Positions 1-13,222 of a stretch of 64,000 nt of DNA are shown in pieces. Source of the stretch: Raillietiella orientalis (Eukaryota); the NCBI GenBank assembly GCA_036172245.1, contig JAYWIR010000012.1, positions 992,001-1,056,000 of the forward strand, read 5' to 3'. Each line of letters begins with the position of its first letter. Position 1 is the stretch's first letter. Both the position numbers and the translations under genes were made by a program. Under the pieces are notes generated by a model, which saw nothing but the letters and a program-made list of their open reading frames with translations, did not search any database and was not told where the DNA came from.

Positions 1-360
1 CGAGTAACAGTCGCGTCGTTGCTATGTCATATGCGCTATGATGCACTGGCCAACTGTGAGAGACGAAGTCCAAATGCAGAGTTTACCCCGAGTTTTTGTA
101 GATTTAACGAATTTTAATGAAAGGCATTTGCGCTAGTTTCTTGTCACGATCGGCGTGCCAAAGATTTGTGGGTTGTGCTTCTTTTATAACTTATTTAAAA
201 AATGTGAAAGTAGTTACGGTTATTTGAATTTTCGAAATTTATATTAAACCCCTATTTTTTATATTTTAAAAAAATTTGTAAATGTCATGTGGCCCGCGTG
301 AATCTTACCAGTCGCATTAAATGGCCTGCGGTTGAAATCAGTTTGGCACACCTGTTCTGT

Positions 361-575
361 AGGGTCGGCTCCTTGCACCGCTCGTCCATCCCAATTCCTT
401 TGCCTTGGGCGGTGGGCAGTGTACCACAGACCTACCCATACTACTTGACGACCTGCAAGGCAAGGCGGCTGAGAAGTCCGTCAGCAGGCCCCACTCCCCG
501 GAGACCCTTGGGAGCGCGGCTGCAACGCGTGGTCGGAAAGCCAGAAGGCGTTGCGAGAGTGGCGGAACCGACTAG
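361..575 (+). ncRNA. Candidate structured RNA (unknown ncRNA or structured 5' leader) upstream of ELP3
   Basis: GC-rich island with nested complementary stems 363-372/564-573, 378-383/557-562, 398-407/456-465, 411-416/431-436, 468-472/481-485, 494-498/510-514, 522-528/548-554 and 530-533/540-543. G:U pairs favour the + strand. Inr-like TCAGTT at 338-343. No known family recognised. Confidence 0.3.
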
Positions 576-882
576 GAATCGTTTCCTTTTCGATGGCATT
601 TAGAATCATTAAATCTGATTAGCACTTAGTTGAACGAATTATCAACAAAAAGGCAAGTTATCTTATATCGGGTATTGTTTTGTTTTTTTTCCTTCCTTCC
701 TTTGACTCTACGTAGCTAAGGATTAACAAGTCCTTAACTCGTAAAGCGTATGGTGCGTAGCTGGATTTTGTGTGCACAGCGTGGGGGCTTTTTGTGTCTT
801 GAGTTTTCACGTGGTTGCCATCCGTCAAAACTTTTAAGCATGATTTTTCCCAATGGAATTTTGAAGGTTTTTTCTTTTGCAG

Positions 883-3800
883 ATGCATTCTCAAGAGGAA
901 CTGAAAGTATTAACCATAGGAGAGATTGTTCAGTCTCTGATTCAAGCACATAAAACAGGCACCGATGTCAATTTGAATAAGTTGAAAAGTTCAATCTCTT
1001 CCAAATATGGATTAAAAACTTCTCCCAAACTTGTGGAGATAATAGCAGCTGTTCCAAATGAATATAGTAAATCTCTGCTTCCTAAATTGAAAGCAAAGCC
1101 GATAAGAACAGCTAGTGGAGTAAGTACATTCTGTGTAAACATAGAATATAAAGAATTAGCTCATTCAGTAAATAAAAATTTCAGAATCACCCCAACATGT
1201 TGCTTTTTCTTAGTGTTTCATTTATTTTTGTTTGTTTGCACACACATTAACAGGATAATGTTGATTGCTTAAATGTTATAAACTTAATTCACATGTTTCA
1301 AACCATTTCATGAATTGGTATGTTTCATTGCTTCATACATGCATATGAACAAAAGATAATTCAAGTAATGTCTAGATCTTTGATTTATGATTTACAGATT
1401 GCTGTTATAGCAGTAATGTGTAAACCCCACCGGTGCCCACATATAAATATGACAGGAAATATTTGTGTATACTGCCCAGGAGGTCCAGATTCAGATTTCG
1501 AGTATTCTACACAATCATATACAGGTTATGAACCTACTTCAATGAGAGCTATTCGTGCTCATTATGATCCTTATTTGCAAACCCGGCATCGTATTGAACA
1601 GGTGAGTGTTGACAAATTCAGTTCCAGTCTTGTAGATTTATATTTCCCTACTTTGATCTTGTGAAGCTTCTATATCATCTTTAGTTTGGTGTTTGAGCTT
1701 CACAGCACTTTATCCATACTGTTGTAATCTTTCTGATTTATATTGCTTTGCTATTGGTTATATTGATGTGAAGTGTGATTGCCACTGTTCAAAAGCTTAG
1801 GACTTTGGTTTGTTGATTAAATTCACTGCTTACTTATTACATGGCAGATGTAGCTTTGATCAAATGAAGTTCATATTTGATTAGTGTTGTGTTGTATTTC
1901 TTTGTACAAAACTTTGTAACCTAAAATGGAGGAGTGTGTATGCTGGTTATTACTTTTTATTTGTTTCTGTGATTAATGTGAACAAAAAAGTTAACCAAAT
2001 GGTAACAAAAAGAAACTGGAATCTTGAATAAAGAATTTGCCAATTAATTAAGTTCTGGCAAAGATGAACAAAGAAAATTATGAAACAGTAAAACATTAGT
2101 ATGCTCGCATACAATGGAAGTTTGTTGCATGAAAATGCTGTTCTGTTTAATGAAATGCATGTAAAATGTACCTGAAAGCTCAGAAGCTAAATTAGAATGA
2201 TGCTCTCCAAATTTTTTTAAAATTCAATTATTTGAAATAATGAAGTATAGAAATGGAAAGCTCATTGATCCCTACATTGAATGCAACCATGTGTTATTTG
2301 GTGTAAATGCCTGCAATCACATGATTATATGTGCATTAATCACATTTCTGATGTTACATCCTAGAATTGTATAATCTCTGATATTTGGCATGATTGGAAA
2401 TTATACATGCATGAACTATATTTAAATTTAAGTTAGTTGTATTTTTGCAGCTTCAAGAGCTTGGACATACAGTGGACAAAGTGGAATTCATTGTAATGGG
2501 AGGTACTTTTATGTGTCTTCCTGAAGATTATCGTGATTACTTCATTCGAAATCTTCATGATGCTTTATCAGGGCATACAAGTCAGAATGTAGCAGAAGCA
2601 ATCAGGTAGAGATAATGGTAACAATTAGTGATTCTATTCATGCAAGCAGGTATTCAGAGTGGAGCAATACCAAATGTGTTGGTATTACTATTGAGACAAG
2701 ACCTGATTATTGTCTTAAGCGCCATCTGTCAGATATGCTGTGCTATGGATGTACCCGATTAGAGGTTGGTGTTCAGTCTGTGTATGAAGATGTAGCTAGA
2801 GACACAAATCGTGGCCACACTGTCCGTGCTGTATGTGAAAGCTTCCAGCTTGCTAAAGATGCTGGCTTCAAAGTTGTGGCCCATATGATGCCCAATTTGC
2901 CAAATGTAGACTATGAGAGAGATGTAGAACAATTCAAGGTTGGGAGGCAATGATGGATGTTTTATTTTGCATTGGATGATATCAGGAATTTTTTGAAAAT
3001 CCTGCTTTCCGTGCTGATGGTCTTAAAATTTATCCTACTTTGGTAATCCGAGGAACAGGCTTATATGAGTTATGGAGAACTGGTCGATACAAAAGTTATG
3101 ATGCCAGTGCTCTTGTTGATCTGATAGCTCTCATCCTCTCCTTGATTCCTCCCTGGACTAGAGTTTACCGAGTTCAAAGAGATATCCCTATGCCCCTAGT
3201 TAGGTAAGAGTTCTTTTTGTATTTTGTTTAAATGTGGCAGAAGTAAGCAATGTGCCATAATACTAGTAATGCAATAAGATATTAGCAAATATGGGTGAAC
3301 ACGAGTCAAAGAATGTCTTATAGAAACTGTTGTTTTCATTAGAAATTTGATGGACAAATGTATTGCATGGGTTGAAGTGCATGTGCTTGTCTAATTGCGA
3401 GGGGATATCTTGGCAGCTTGGAAGCAGATTATGCACTCCCATACTTGAAAGTCCTGCTTATCAGTGGTATTGTTTCTCTCAGGGTTTGTTTGCAGAAAGT
3501 TGTCTCACATCATTCTTGAAAGTAGATTTAAAATATTCTTTGATTTATACCAAACCCCAAATGTTTTTTAATACAATCATTTATTATTAGTATATAATAT
3601 ATTATCCTTTATTTTCTGTTTGTTGTAAATACTGTCTCATCTTTGCCAGCTGCATAGCACAGTGTCTCATTTCTCCATAGTTGGATATTTTGAAAAGTGA
3701 TAAGAATTGATTTCAGATGTATATTAAATTGTTCAACATAAATCACATTTAGTTCATGTATAAGTGGGGTAACTTAAAGAACATACCCATAAATATATGG

Positions 3801-4705
3801 GTTTGTTTTTTCACTTGCATTGTAATTATCTTATGGTGAGAAATGGTGAAATGGTTGCCAAATTATAATCCAGATTTTAAATGATAATTTTGTATTTTTA
3901 GTTTGTATTTGGTTTGTTTGAAAGGAATTTACTAGTAGAAGTGAGGATTAAATTCTTTAAAAGTGTGTTAACCATTTGTATTGAAAGTTAAAAAGGAGAA
4001 TTTGGCACCCAAGCTTTATTTTTCATTTTTGTTTATCTTGCAAATCGCTTCTTGCCATGTGTCAGTGATGAATACCACCATTTCCAGTTCTGGAGTTGAA
4101 CATGGGAACCTGAGAGAATTGGCATTGGCTCGTATGCAAGAAATGGGCTTAAAATGTCGTGATGTGCGTACTCGAGAAGTAGGAATCCAAGAAATTCATC
4201 AAAAAGTCAGACCCCATCAGGTATGAGGCTTCAAAGTTCTCTTATTTATGATATGCTTATTTATTTCTCTGAAGGTAGAGTTAATTCGGAGAGAGTACTA
4301 TGCAAATGGGGGCTGGGAAACCTTCCTTTCATACGAAGATCCTCATCAAGATATTTTAGTTGCACTACTGAGGCTGCGTAAATGTTCCAAGGAAACATTT
4401 CGGTATTGCATTGTCAGCACTGGCGAAAATACTTGTTTCACATTTTTAGGCCCGAGCTCAAAGGAAAAGTTTCTATTGTTCGAGAGTTACATGTCTATGG
4501 TTCAGTGGTTGCTATAAGTGATAGAGACTCTAATAAATTCCAGCATCAAGGCTATGGTGCTCTACTTATGGAGGAAGCGGAAAGAATTGCTGCTGAAGAA
4601 CATTGTAGCACAAAAATTGCTGTCATCTCTGGTGTGGGAACAAGAAATTACTATAGAAAGTTAGGATACCAACTCGATGGTCCTTACATGAGCAAAATGT
4701 TATAG
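883..4705 (+). CDS. ELP3: Elongator complex protein 3 (radical SAM + GNAT acetyltransferase), 539 aa from ATG 883
   Basis: Exons 883-1119, 1398-1601, 2451-2605, 2650-2938, 2986-3203, 4088-4220, 4275-4402 and 4450-4705. All introns are GT-AG and the exons join in frame (1620 nt). Motifs [66 protein letters not shown] 883 follows an acceptor AG, so a short upstream exon may add residues. Confidence 0.97.
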
Positions 4706-5999
4706 GCCATTTATTTTGGATGTATCACTTTGAAAATCATTCTGTTTCATTCACAGGCATGTTTCTGTGCCTGTTGTTCTTGCTTGTTCATGGCCACATT
4801 CCAGAAACTCTTCATGAATTCTGACTTCTTATTTCGATTGAAATCAAATATCTATCGGATACACCGATATTTTTTGCATTTTTGGATAGCAGTTTTGTAG
4901 AATTCGTTTGATTCTGTATAGAGATGCTCCATATTTTAAAAATATATTCCTATAACTGCAACCTCGTATAAAGAAATAAATGATTTGAGAAAGTTTTAAC
5001 CATCGTTCGTGAATAACAAGTCGACCTCTGCCACAATACTTGGGACAGAAGTGCCCTTGGGCTTGTGGTTCAAGATACCCAGTGAGCCCACGGCAAGTCC
5101 CATATCAGCGATACAAATTATCAGGATAACCAAAGACAACGAAAATGATTTGGTTTCAAGAATTAAAAACAATCGTTTTTCAATTTAGTTCTGGAGCCAG
5201 TGCTTTTGTTTTCTTTGGCTCATGTTCTTTTGGTTGCCACGTCTGATTTTGAAAACACCGTGAAAAACCTTATTTTGAAAGGCGGTTCGCTAATGCACAA
5301 GGCTGGCATTGATGACATCGGTCGCGTTTCACTCGGAATACTGCTGCTTATCGAAAATGAAATACCAGGAGTGAAATCGGAGGTCATGTGTGTTCATACG
5401 TGTGCAGGGCTGCTGGGTTACAGCCGTTGCAGATGAGACTGCAAACATGGCAAAAACTCGTCTAGCCAATTGGGATTATTTAAATAAATATTTGAAGGCA
5501 TAGAAAACCGAAAAAAAAAAAAAAAAACGAAATTGTCCACTTCACTGTGGATCGTGTGTCTGTTTTGCAAAAGAGTTTTACGTGAATTGCGGAAAATTCC
5601 CGAAGCAGAAAAATACCTTTGCTACATACAAAGAAATGATTGCTAGTGGTGCTCTACCAACAGTCATTTCTGTAGGAATTTTCTATGGAAACTAGGATTT
5701 TTTTTTCTTTTTTTTGCTGAAGGTTAATTTGGTAAATGATTTTGGAAACACTCAGGAATGCTTTCAAAGATTTAGAAATGTGAATTCAGAAATTTTAAAT
5801 ATCTTACTCTGGGAAGGAAAGCCTATTTATGTTTACCTAAAATAACAATCCAGGTTGAAGATGCAGTTTGTTAGTCTCCGTGATATATCCGTTTTTCTGT
5901 TTACAATGCTCCCTGGAATTAGTTTTTCTTAAAGTCTTTCTATTGATGAAGCTGTAAACTCTTATGGAAAAATCACCTAGCGTCACTTTAGAATCTGTT

Positions 6000-7150
6000 G
6001 TTCAGAATAAATTCCTCCAGAAGGTATGGAAAAACCGAAGACCTCTTGTGACTGCATCCTCCTCCGTCATGAAATCACTGGTCTCCTCTTTTTATGGGAA
6101 AGTCGTGGGTAAAAATCATTAGACCTTATGGAATAATGTTCTCGAACCCGAATGCAACAATGACCAAAACATTAAGATGGCCACATTCAACACTTGAGCT
6201 TCTACTTCGATTGCTGGATGATTAGAACATAGTTCGGAGGAGAATTTCCATTGCTTGGTTTCCTGCAACCTTTCAAGAGTCATAGATCATAGCACTTTTG
6301 TCATAGAAGGCAAAAGGTTGCCTTTCTCCTGCGGAGTTAAAAATTACTTTAAATGGCTTTATGAACAGGAACAATTCCAATTTGTTCTCCTGCAAATAAA
6401 GTTCTTAGCTAATCTGTATGGTGTGTTTGATTGTGGTCGATTCCATAATTTTTTGCAATCGCTATTTTCTTAGTGCAGCCAATTGTTTCGACTCTTTCCC
6501 TCCCTTTTAAGTCTGAGCACACTTTTTTTTTTAATGGTGCGTGTAGGTAAGGAAGGATTTTTTCAAAAAAAAAATTGTTTTTTCCAAAATAGAACTTCAA
6601 ACTTAGGCAATTCTACCATCAAAATAGTGCACTAATGCTCCTCTTCGTATCGGTACAAAACTGAGAGTGGACAAAAGATTTACTGGGGTGCTATTTGGAA
6701 AGGGAAATTTCCAGCGAAAGCAACTCAAGGATGAACATGTATTTCATGAAAAATGTATATTTCCAACTCTTCAGAACCTGCAAAAACGCATCATTTGCAA
6801 TGTGAAAGGAAAAAAGGAAAAAAAAAAAAAATAGCCATTCACTAAGTAGATAAATTCTTATACACACATCTATTATAATACACAAAAACTAGTTGGTAGA
6901 AGTGGAAGATAATCAGTTACTTGGATGTTTGCTACTTTTCACTAGTTGGACACGTCCAGGCTGAAGGTGCAAGATGCCAACCGGAAACCACGTGTCCTGA
7001 TACGATGAATAGACAAATGTGAGACTCGATTCCAGCAGCCTCCGTATGCTGTGATTCTTCCATAAGAGAAATGATCACATCCACAAAACCCAAGATACAA
7101 ATATTTACAAAAAAACACGCATGCATATAACAGTGGAAACGATTGAAAAC
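6000..7150 (-). pseudogene. Possible decayed trypsin-like serine protease (homologue) pseudogene
   Basis: Exon-like pieces occur in S1-protease order: FCGCDHFSYGRI (activation-site-like), GHVVSGWHLAPSAWTC (LISxxWxLTAAHC-like), EIHVHP* (IxxHPxY-like) and VLVIVAFG (GIVSFG-like). Stops and frameshifts present; similarity is weak and judged by eye. Confidence 0.2.
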
Positions 7151-7529
7151 CCATTAAAATGACAAGGAACAGACGATATAGGATTCCATGAGAATATATC
7201 GTCTGTTTCTGTCATCTTTCCTCTCCTTGTGAGGGTAAAGCCCGAAAGTAGTGGCTGCACATTCACGAGGCCTGCACATTCAGCTTTGAAAGAAATCATT
7301 CATTTGTTACTCCACCAAATCTAGCTTCTTTTTTTTTTTTTCCTTTTCAAACAAGAAAATACTTGACCACTTTGGAATTTTTATATGATTTCGCATTGTA
7401 GAATGTTCGCTTCCTTTTCCTTAGACTTCAGAAATATCACGCCCCCAGCTACTATTTCTTAGTTAGGAAGAGTATCTGAAGGTGCATCACTGCACTGAAA
7501 CAACTTCAAAAATCAACTCATGACAGTGA

Positions 7530-7611
7530 AGCTTGGAATGAACAAAAATTCAATCATTATTACGGTGAATATAGAAACCAGAACTCACCCATCTGAATGA
7601 TTATCATGTAT
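7530..7611. repeat. Left copy of ~80-bp direct repeat flanking a LINE
   Basis: agcttggaatgaac...ctcacccatctgaatgattatcatgtat recurs at 8850-8928 with 5 substitutions and a 3-bp indel. Confidence 0.9.
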
Positions 7612-8849
7612 TTTCCCCTAGCCCCACGAGGGGTGGGGTGAATTTATTTATCCCTTTTCCAATCACGCTACATTGGCTCATTCATTTACTACTCACACCC
7701 CAGGTATCACTGTTCAATCCGTTTCTACTTTTAAGGAACATTGGTTGATGTCGTTGCCTGGGCATCGTCCTTAATCCTATTCAGGATATAGCGGTACGTC
7801 CAGGTCGGTACTCGTCCACAATTCCTGATGCCAATCTCCCTTTGGACTAACCTTTTCAGGATTTCCTTTGGAGAAGGGGCTATCCTGGCGTTTTTCATCT
7901 TCCACCACCGCACGAGTATGGCGGTGATGAAAAGGGTAATGGGATTGTAGCAGGGAACATTTCCATCTCCCTGGAACATCCCGGCGAGTATTTCCATTAC
8001 TGAACTGGTTGTACGTCCTATAATCCTTTTCAGGGTCAGCCCGTCGCGGAGTAATGTGGAACAGGTTAAGACATGTAGTCTCGTATCAATGTCTCCACAT
8101 GTCTTCGTCTTCACGTATTCCCGTGTAGTACTTCATTCTGGACCCGCTCAGGATTCCTCCGTGGTAGAACATCAGGAGGTTGTCCTGGATGCCCGGCGGT
8201 AGGTCACTCCTCCAGAGAGTCGTGCTGATCGCTAACAGGTTCAACCTGTCGCTCCCGTAGCGATGGGCAGCTTCTTGGAGGGCACTGGTATCTTGGTCTT
8301 CCTCTTAATCAGATTTTGGAGGTTCTGCTTGTTCACCCTGGACCAGGTAAAGTCCCTGTGGTTTTTCCACACTTCGCGTGTCCTATGGGTGAATCTTCCC
8401 AACATCGTCTCTATATACCGAAGTATACGAGTATGATATAGGTATCCTCCTCTTCTCCATTCCTGGATTCGTTGTGTGGTAACTCTGGGCCTCTGGTATA
8501 TCCAGCTTCTCGTGTCCGAGGGCACCTGAAGCATCCAAGGGATTACCAGGATGGATTCCATCTACCAGAGTTCCTTGCTTCTAGGAACGATGGTCGTTGC
8601 TTCTAGCAGTTGGTGCTTTTGCACCAGCTGTTGTTTTGTCTCCCAGGTGGGGTCTATGCTGATCCATTCCCCTACTCGGCCTAGCAATGCCGTCATCAGG
8701 CCTTTCGAGTTGTTTAATAACATCGAGTAGGCCCTATGAGCTGCATAGGGCCAGTCATCCCAGTGGGCAGCGATGTCCAGGATGTGTCGCGTATCCATGA
8801 TTTCCATGGAATGTGCAAGCGATTTCATCCCGGAACCGCCCTCCTCCTT
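7612..8849 (-). mobile_element. 5'-truncated L1/Tx1-like LINE (ORF2 C-terminus and 3' UTR)
   Basis: Minus frame starts AKEEGGSGM (post-RT PKxxGGLG motif), then HVLTC and RWWKMKN (zf-RVT, IWxxRN-like), with a few stops. It ends in AATAAA, a GC hairpin and a short A run. Confidence 0.8.
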
Positions 8850-8928
8850 AGCTTGGAATGAACAATTCAATCATTATTATGGTGAATAAAGAAGCGGGAA
8901 CTCACCCATCTGAATGATTATCATGTAT
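8850..8928. repeat. Right copy of ~80-bp direct repeat
   Basis: Matches 7530-7611. Confidence 0.9.
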
Positions 8929-10049
8929 CCTATTAGTGTAAATATTCTTATAACGGCAGATGGACACTTCTGATTGTAGCTTTAAGTTTCACCGTCAGTG
9001 TCAGCTGTTCTTCCATGTGTATTTTCGTTTGTTGATTCGTCTTGCACATGGAGCTCGCAGCACTGAATACAAGCTTGAGTTTCTATAAGTTTCTCAAATG
9101 GAGTAGTCATATGTTAGTCAGACACACTCTTCATGCTTTCCTTTCTGTATTGAAGCAACTAATACATCTTATTCTAAGAGATGTTCCAATATGGTCCGCA
9201 TACTCATGGATGATTTCTAAGTCATCCGAAACGCAAATGAGGATTATTTGGGTTTTAAATTATTTCCATGGTTATACACATGTTAATTTTTTTTTGTAAA
9301 TACTTGTATCCTGAATTTCGTAGATAAATAACAACTCAATTTCGGGACAATATTTGGGATCGAATGGGTGTTTTTCTTTTTTTTTTTTTTTACATCTTGC
9401 AACTTCTGGCCTTAATAGAATGTCCACTGTGAGTGAACGCGAAGAAACAGATTAGATTTGGGCACAAAAACTACACTCTCCAATGTAAACACCCAACCAC
9501 TCAAACCAACAAAAATAAACAAAGATTTGTGTTGCTGCATTTCGTGTGAGATCGGTTGACACTGCAGGACGTATGCAATGTGCTTACACGGGCAAACACT
9601 CCTGCAAACAGGAATTCCTGCAGACTGTTAATCTTCCCAGAAACGTCTGCATACATAATCATTATTTTCTTACGCTTATGTACATTAAGATGCTGCTATC
9701 ACTTTCATGGCAAACATGTGCGGTCTTCTCCGAAGCGAAGGTGGGAGTCCCAATCCATGTACATTAGCTTTCAAGTTACTTCCACAAGGTTTCCATGAAA
9801 GGTCGTTGATAATCTGCTGAAGTTGCGTTGCACAGGTCGGTCCCTTTGTTCGTTTGCATCTCCATCTTCGGAATTTGGATTTTTCTGCTTGCTGGATTTC
9901 ACTTTCGTTTTCGCAATCGTCAACCAAAAATGGAATCAAAATGACGTGATTTAGTCAGAATTTTCCTTTCTCAGCTGCTCACTACAGGATCGGATCAATA
10001 GGAAAAAAAAAAAAAAAATCTGATCTAAGCAGTAGCGTTCAGAGTACCT

Positions 10050-12400
10050 TTGCGAGGACTTCATTCCGAGGATGCACTTCGAGTGCAAGGACAGCAGAAC
10101 TCCACAGAACTCTCAGCTCGTGAAACTCGGAATGAAATTCCCAGTTCCATGTGCCATCTTTTCAGAGGGTGAGATGCATCTCACGAGCTAGGTGCTCTTC
10201 CCCGGCAGCTCCAGATCCATCCTGAAATTCGTGCGGTTGTGCAGATGAGATTCTAAACAAAGAGCCGCGAAACAAATTTCAAGGGTCGTGTCAGCAATCG
10301 GGGTGGCATAGTATTACCAGGTCAACAGCGAGGTGAAATGAGAGAGTGGAAAGGGGAAATGGTAAGGCCCCTTCGCCTTGTTGCCACACGAATCCGTGGA
10401 CGAGGATCGAAGGGACTCTTCAGTTCACAGGAATATAAAGGAAGACGTCTAAAAGAACTCGCTGTGATGGAAATGCACTGTGATGTAATTCTGAGGCGAC
10501 ACTGAGGAAAAATGGTGAAGACGGTTTTGCGTCTTGGATAGGCTGAGGGTGCCGGGCATTTTCCCAAGTTCCGCAGGAGCAAAACGGATGTTGGCGATCC
10601 GATTCCCACAACGATCTACCTGCCCATACGTAAATGAACCCAACTGGGCAGCCATAGTGAAAACAGTTTCCGCTGCGAGTTGTTCCCCAGCTTGTTGAAC
10701 GTACAGATAAACTGCGTCGCCAAGTAGTGAGATGATGATGCTTTTAGTGATCAGATCGCGTCTGCACCCCTCGAAACTCTGCCTTCATCTCATAAAGTGA
10801 CCGAAGTTGCATAATCTGTTGCTGCTGTTTTTCCAGCCTTCATGGAAAATGCAAATGCAAACGGGAGCGAAGGGTACGTGTGCACCTTTTACACTCTCGA
10901 GTGCGCCCTTTCTAAGCTTCTTGTGTTCCCTCTGACGATGGTGCACTTGGTTGATTAAGGGTGCGCACTAATCTGAGGCAGGCAGCAGGAATGAAGAAAT
11001 GCTGTAATTGCTTCAAGTATTTTTGCTGAATTTTCATCACATGGAGAAGACACCACCGCATGGTTCTGGACACAGAAGCAGGGAGACGAAAGAGATGCGA
11101 AAGCAAGCGGGGTCTTGGCAAAAGCGAATGTCTGATTGCCCAATCGGCAAGCATGGAGGAGGGATTCGCAACGTATCCGGGATAAGCGATGGCACCGATA
11201 ATCAGACGGGACTTGCGATAAAATAGTAAGTCCGATAAAGCATCTCTTCAAAAGATTAAAGGAGCGTGCGAAGTTCCTAAGAGTAAAAGGTGTACTTGTT
11301 GGGGCGTTCGAAGGAAAAATGATCTTGAAACGAGCAAATTGAAAACAGGGAATGGAGGCCTTATTATCCCATAAACTGCCCGTCGTTTCACTTGCAGCAG
11401 CAGCAAACGACTTCCGTCCCTTTTCCCTTCATGTGCTCAGGATAATAAATACTTGCAAATCTGCTTTGATTTCCCGGACTACCATTTCCTCAACCCTCTT
11501 CCACGGGTCAGCGTTCAATTCGCACGGTCCATCGGCTTTTGCCGAAAACACGCGAATTTTTCGGTAGCGATTTCATCGCGTTTCTTGTGGTGCTGTCTCC
11601 TTCCTCGGCACCTTTGGCACGTAGGCAACACATAACACGAGCTGACGCAAGCATCCGTAAATGCAATAGATCTTCGTTTCTCATTGCTTTTCCGGGCATT
11701 CTCACTGTCCTTTCCATTTCGAGCACCTGTAGGCAGGGAATTCATCTGGACAGCAACCGTCGTGACCGATATGCAAGCACGTGCCACGAAAAATTCCTGG
11801 ACCAGATGCCGCTTTCCAGCTTTCTTTAGCGGGGACTGGGAAAACTCGTTATCAGCAAGCTCTCTGGAGAACAATTTTTCAAGCTCCCAAAGTCGATCAA
11901 GAGAATGTTGTGGGAACGACCTGAAAGAAATACAGTGCTACCTTGGCAACGCAGATTCGCACCGAGTCCGCAAGCGAGGTTTTCTGGATGCAGTTGGTGA
12001 AACCCTCCAAAGTTCCTGCCTATGCTGCGCGAGGCGTGCAGCAACCAAAAACCTCAGGAAATTTCAAGATGTGAAATCGTGGCACTTCTCCATCACAAGC
12101 GCTCTGTGACGACGGAGTCGAGAAGCAGCCTCCTTCAGAAGGTGATTCTTGCCTGTGACAAGGTGGGGAACGAAAGAGCCGAGAGAGTGCTTGAAAAAAA
12201 CCAAAAGAATTCCTTTCGTACGACCAAGCCGATGCGAATGTACATACTTCATGTAAATGACACCGGGACACAAGAGAGCTAAGGAAAAGGATGACCCCGA
12301 AACGCTGCGGTGACGGGGTCCAGCAGGCAGTGCCTTGAGATGACGAACTCATCCATCCGGATCGGCTTCGGAATCCCGCCGATTCCGAAAACTTCCATTA
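10050..12400 (-). mobile_element. Decayed LINE ORF2 relic (endonuclease to RT)
   Basis: Degenerate motifs in LINE order: FGVILF..ASAWSYERNSFGFF (EN), GFVWQQGEGALPFPL (QG.PLSP), YYAT/IADT (YADD-like) and EFCGVLL (YLG-like). Confidence 0.5.
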
Positions 12401-12896
12401 ACCACCCGAATCGACCGCAGGCAAAGACACCACACGAAGGTTGAAGCGGATCCTGGCGTGCGATCCTTCTTGGTGGCGACTGACACGGAGTACACTTTCG
12501 CAGGTAAGTCACCCCCCTTTGAATGAAACAGCTGGGAAAGGGACGTAAACTGAGTTCGCGATCCCCGGCACGCTTTCGAGGTGGAGGAATCAATGAACGG
12601 TCGATCGAGTATGGGGCGATCTAGTCTTGCTAAGGGGCGATCCAGTCTTGAAATAGTGCCTGCTCGGGATAAACACAAGCTGCTGCAAGTGGAAACACGA
12701 CGTTCCATGAGAACCGAGCCACCATCTGGCATTTGCATCGGAAAGTCTCGAGAGTTGGATGAAAAGGTTCGTAAAAATACACATTTGTACAACACAGACG
12801 GCGCACATAAAACACATCGGGAGGGGGGGGGGTCAACACATCTCACAAACTATTCCCGATTGTATGTATGGTAAGCAGTGTCCTTACTGAGCACGA

Positions 12897-13222
12897 AGGA
12901 CAGCAGAACTCCACGGAACTTGCAGCTCGTGAAGCCCGGAATGAAATTCCCAGTTCCATGTGCCATCTTTTCAGAAGCTGAGACGCACCCCGCGAGCTAG
13001 GTGCTCTTTCCCGGCAGCTCCAGATCCATCCTGAAATTCGTGCGGTTGTGCAGATGAGATTCCAAACAAAGAGCCGCGAAACAAATTTCAAGGGTCGTGT
13101 CAGCAATCGGGGTGGCATCGTATTACCAGGTCAACAGCGAGGTGAAATGAGAGAGTGGAAAGGGGCAATGGCAAGGCCCCTTCGCCTTGTTGCCACACGA
13201 ATTCAGTTTACAGGAATATAAA
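12897..13222 (-). repeat. Direct duplicate of 10087-10440 (RT part of the LINE relic)
   Basis: Near-identical over ~330 bp; the second copy lacks a ~27-nt segment near its right end. Confidence 0.9.

Noticed and set aside
301..575. Assignment to U1 (cttacc, ttgcac), SRP (ggtcggaaa) or RNase P/MRP (gaagtcc)
   Set aside because: Only isolated short matches; partner motifs (Sm site, CAGG/AGCAG, P4 3' strand) not found.
11960..12020. RVRKRGFLDAVGETLQ resembling an errantivirus/baculovirus F furin site and fusion peptide
   Set aside because: Lies antisense to ordered LINE ORF2 motifs; no other env features or long ORF.
10087..13222. Direct repeats as LTRs
   Set aside because: No TG..CA ends, PBS/PPT or TSD seen; the repeat itself reads as RT coding remnant.
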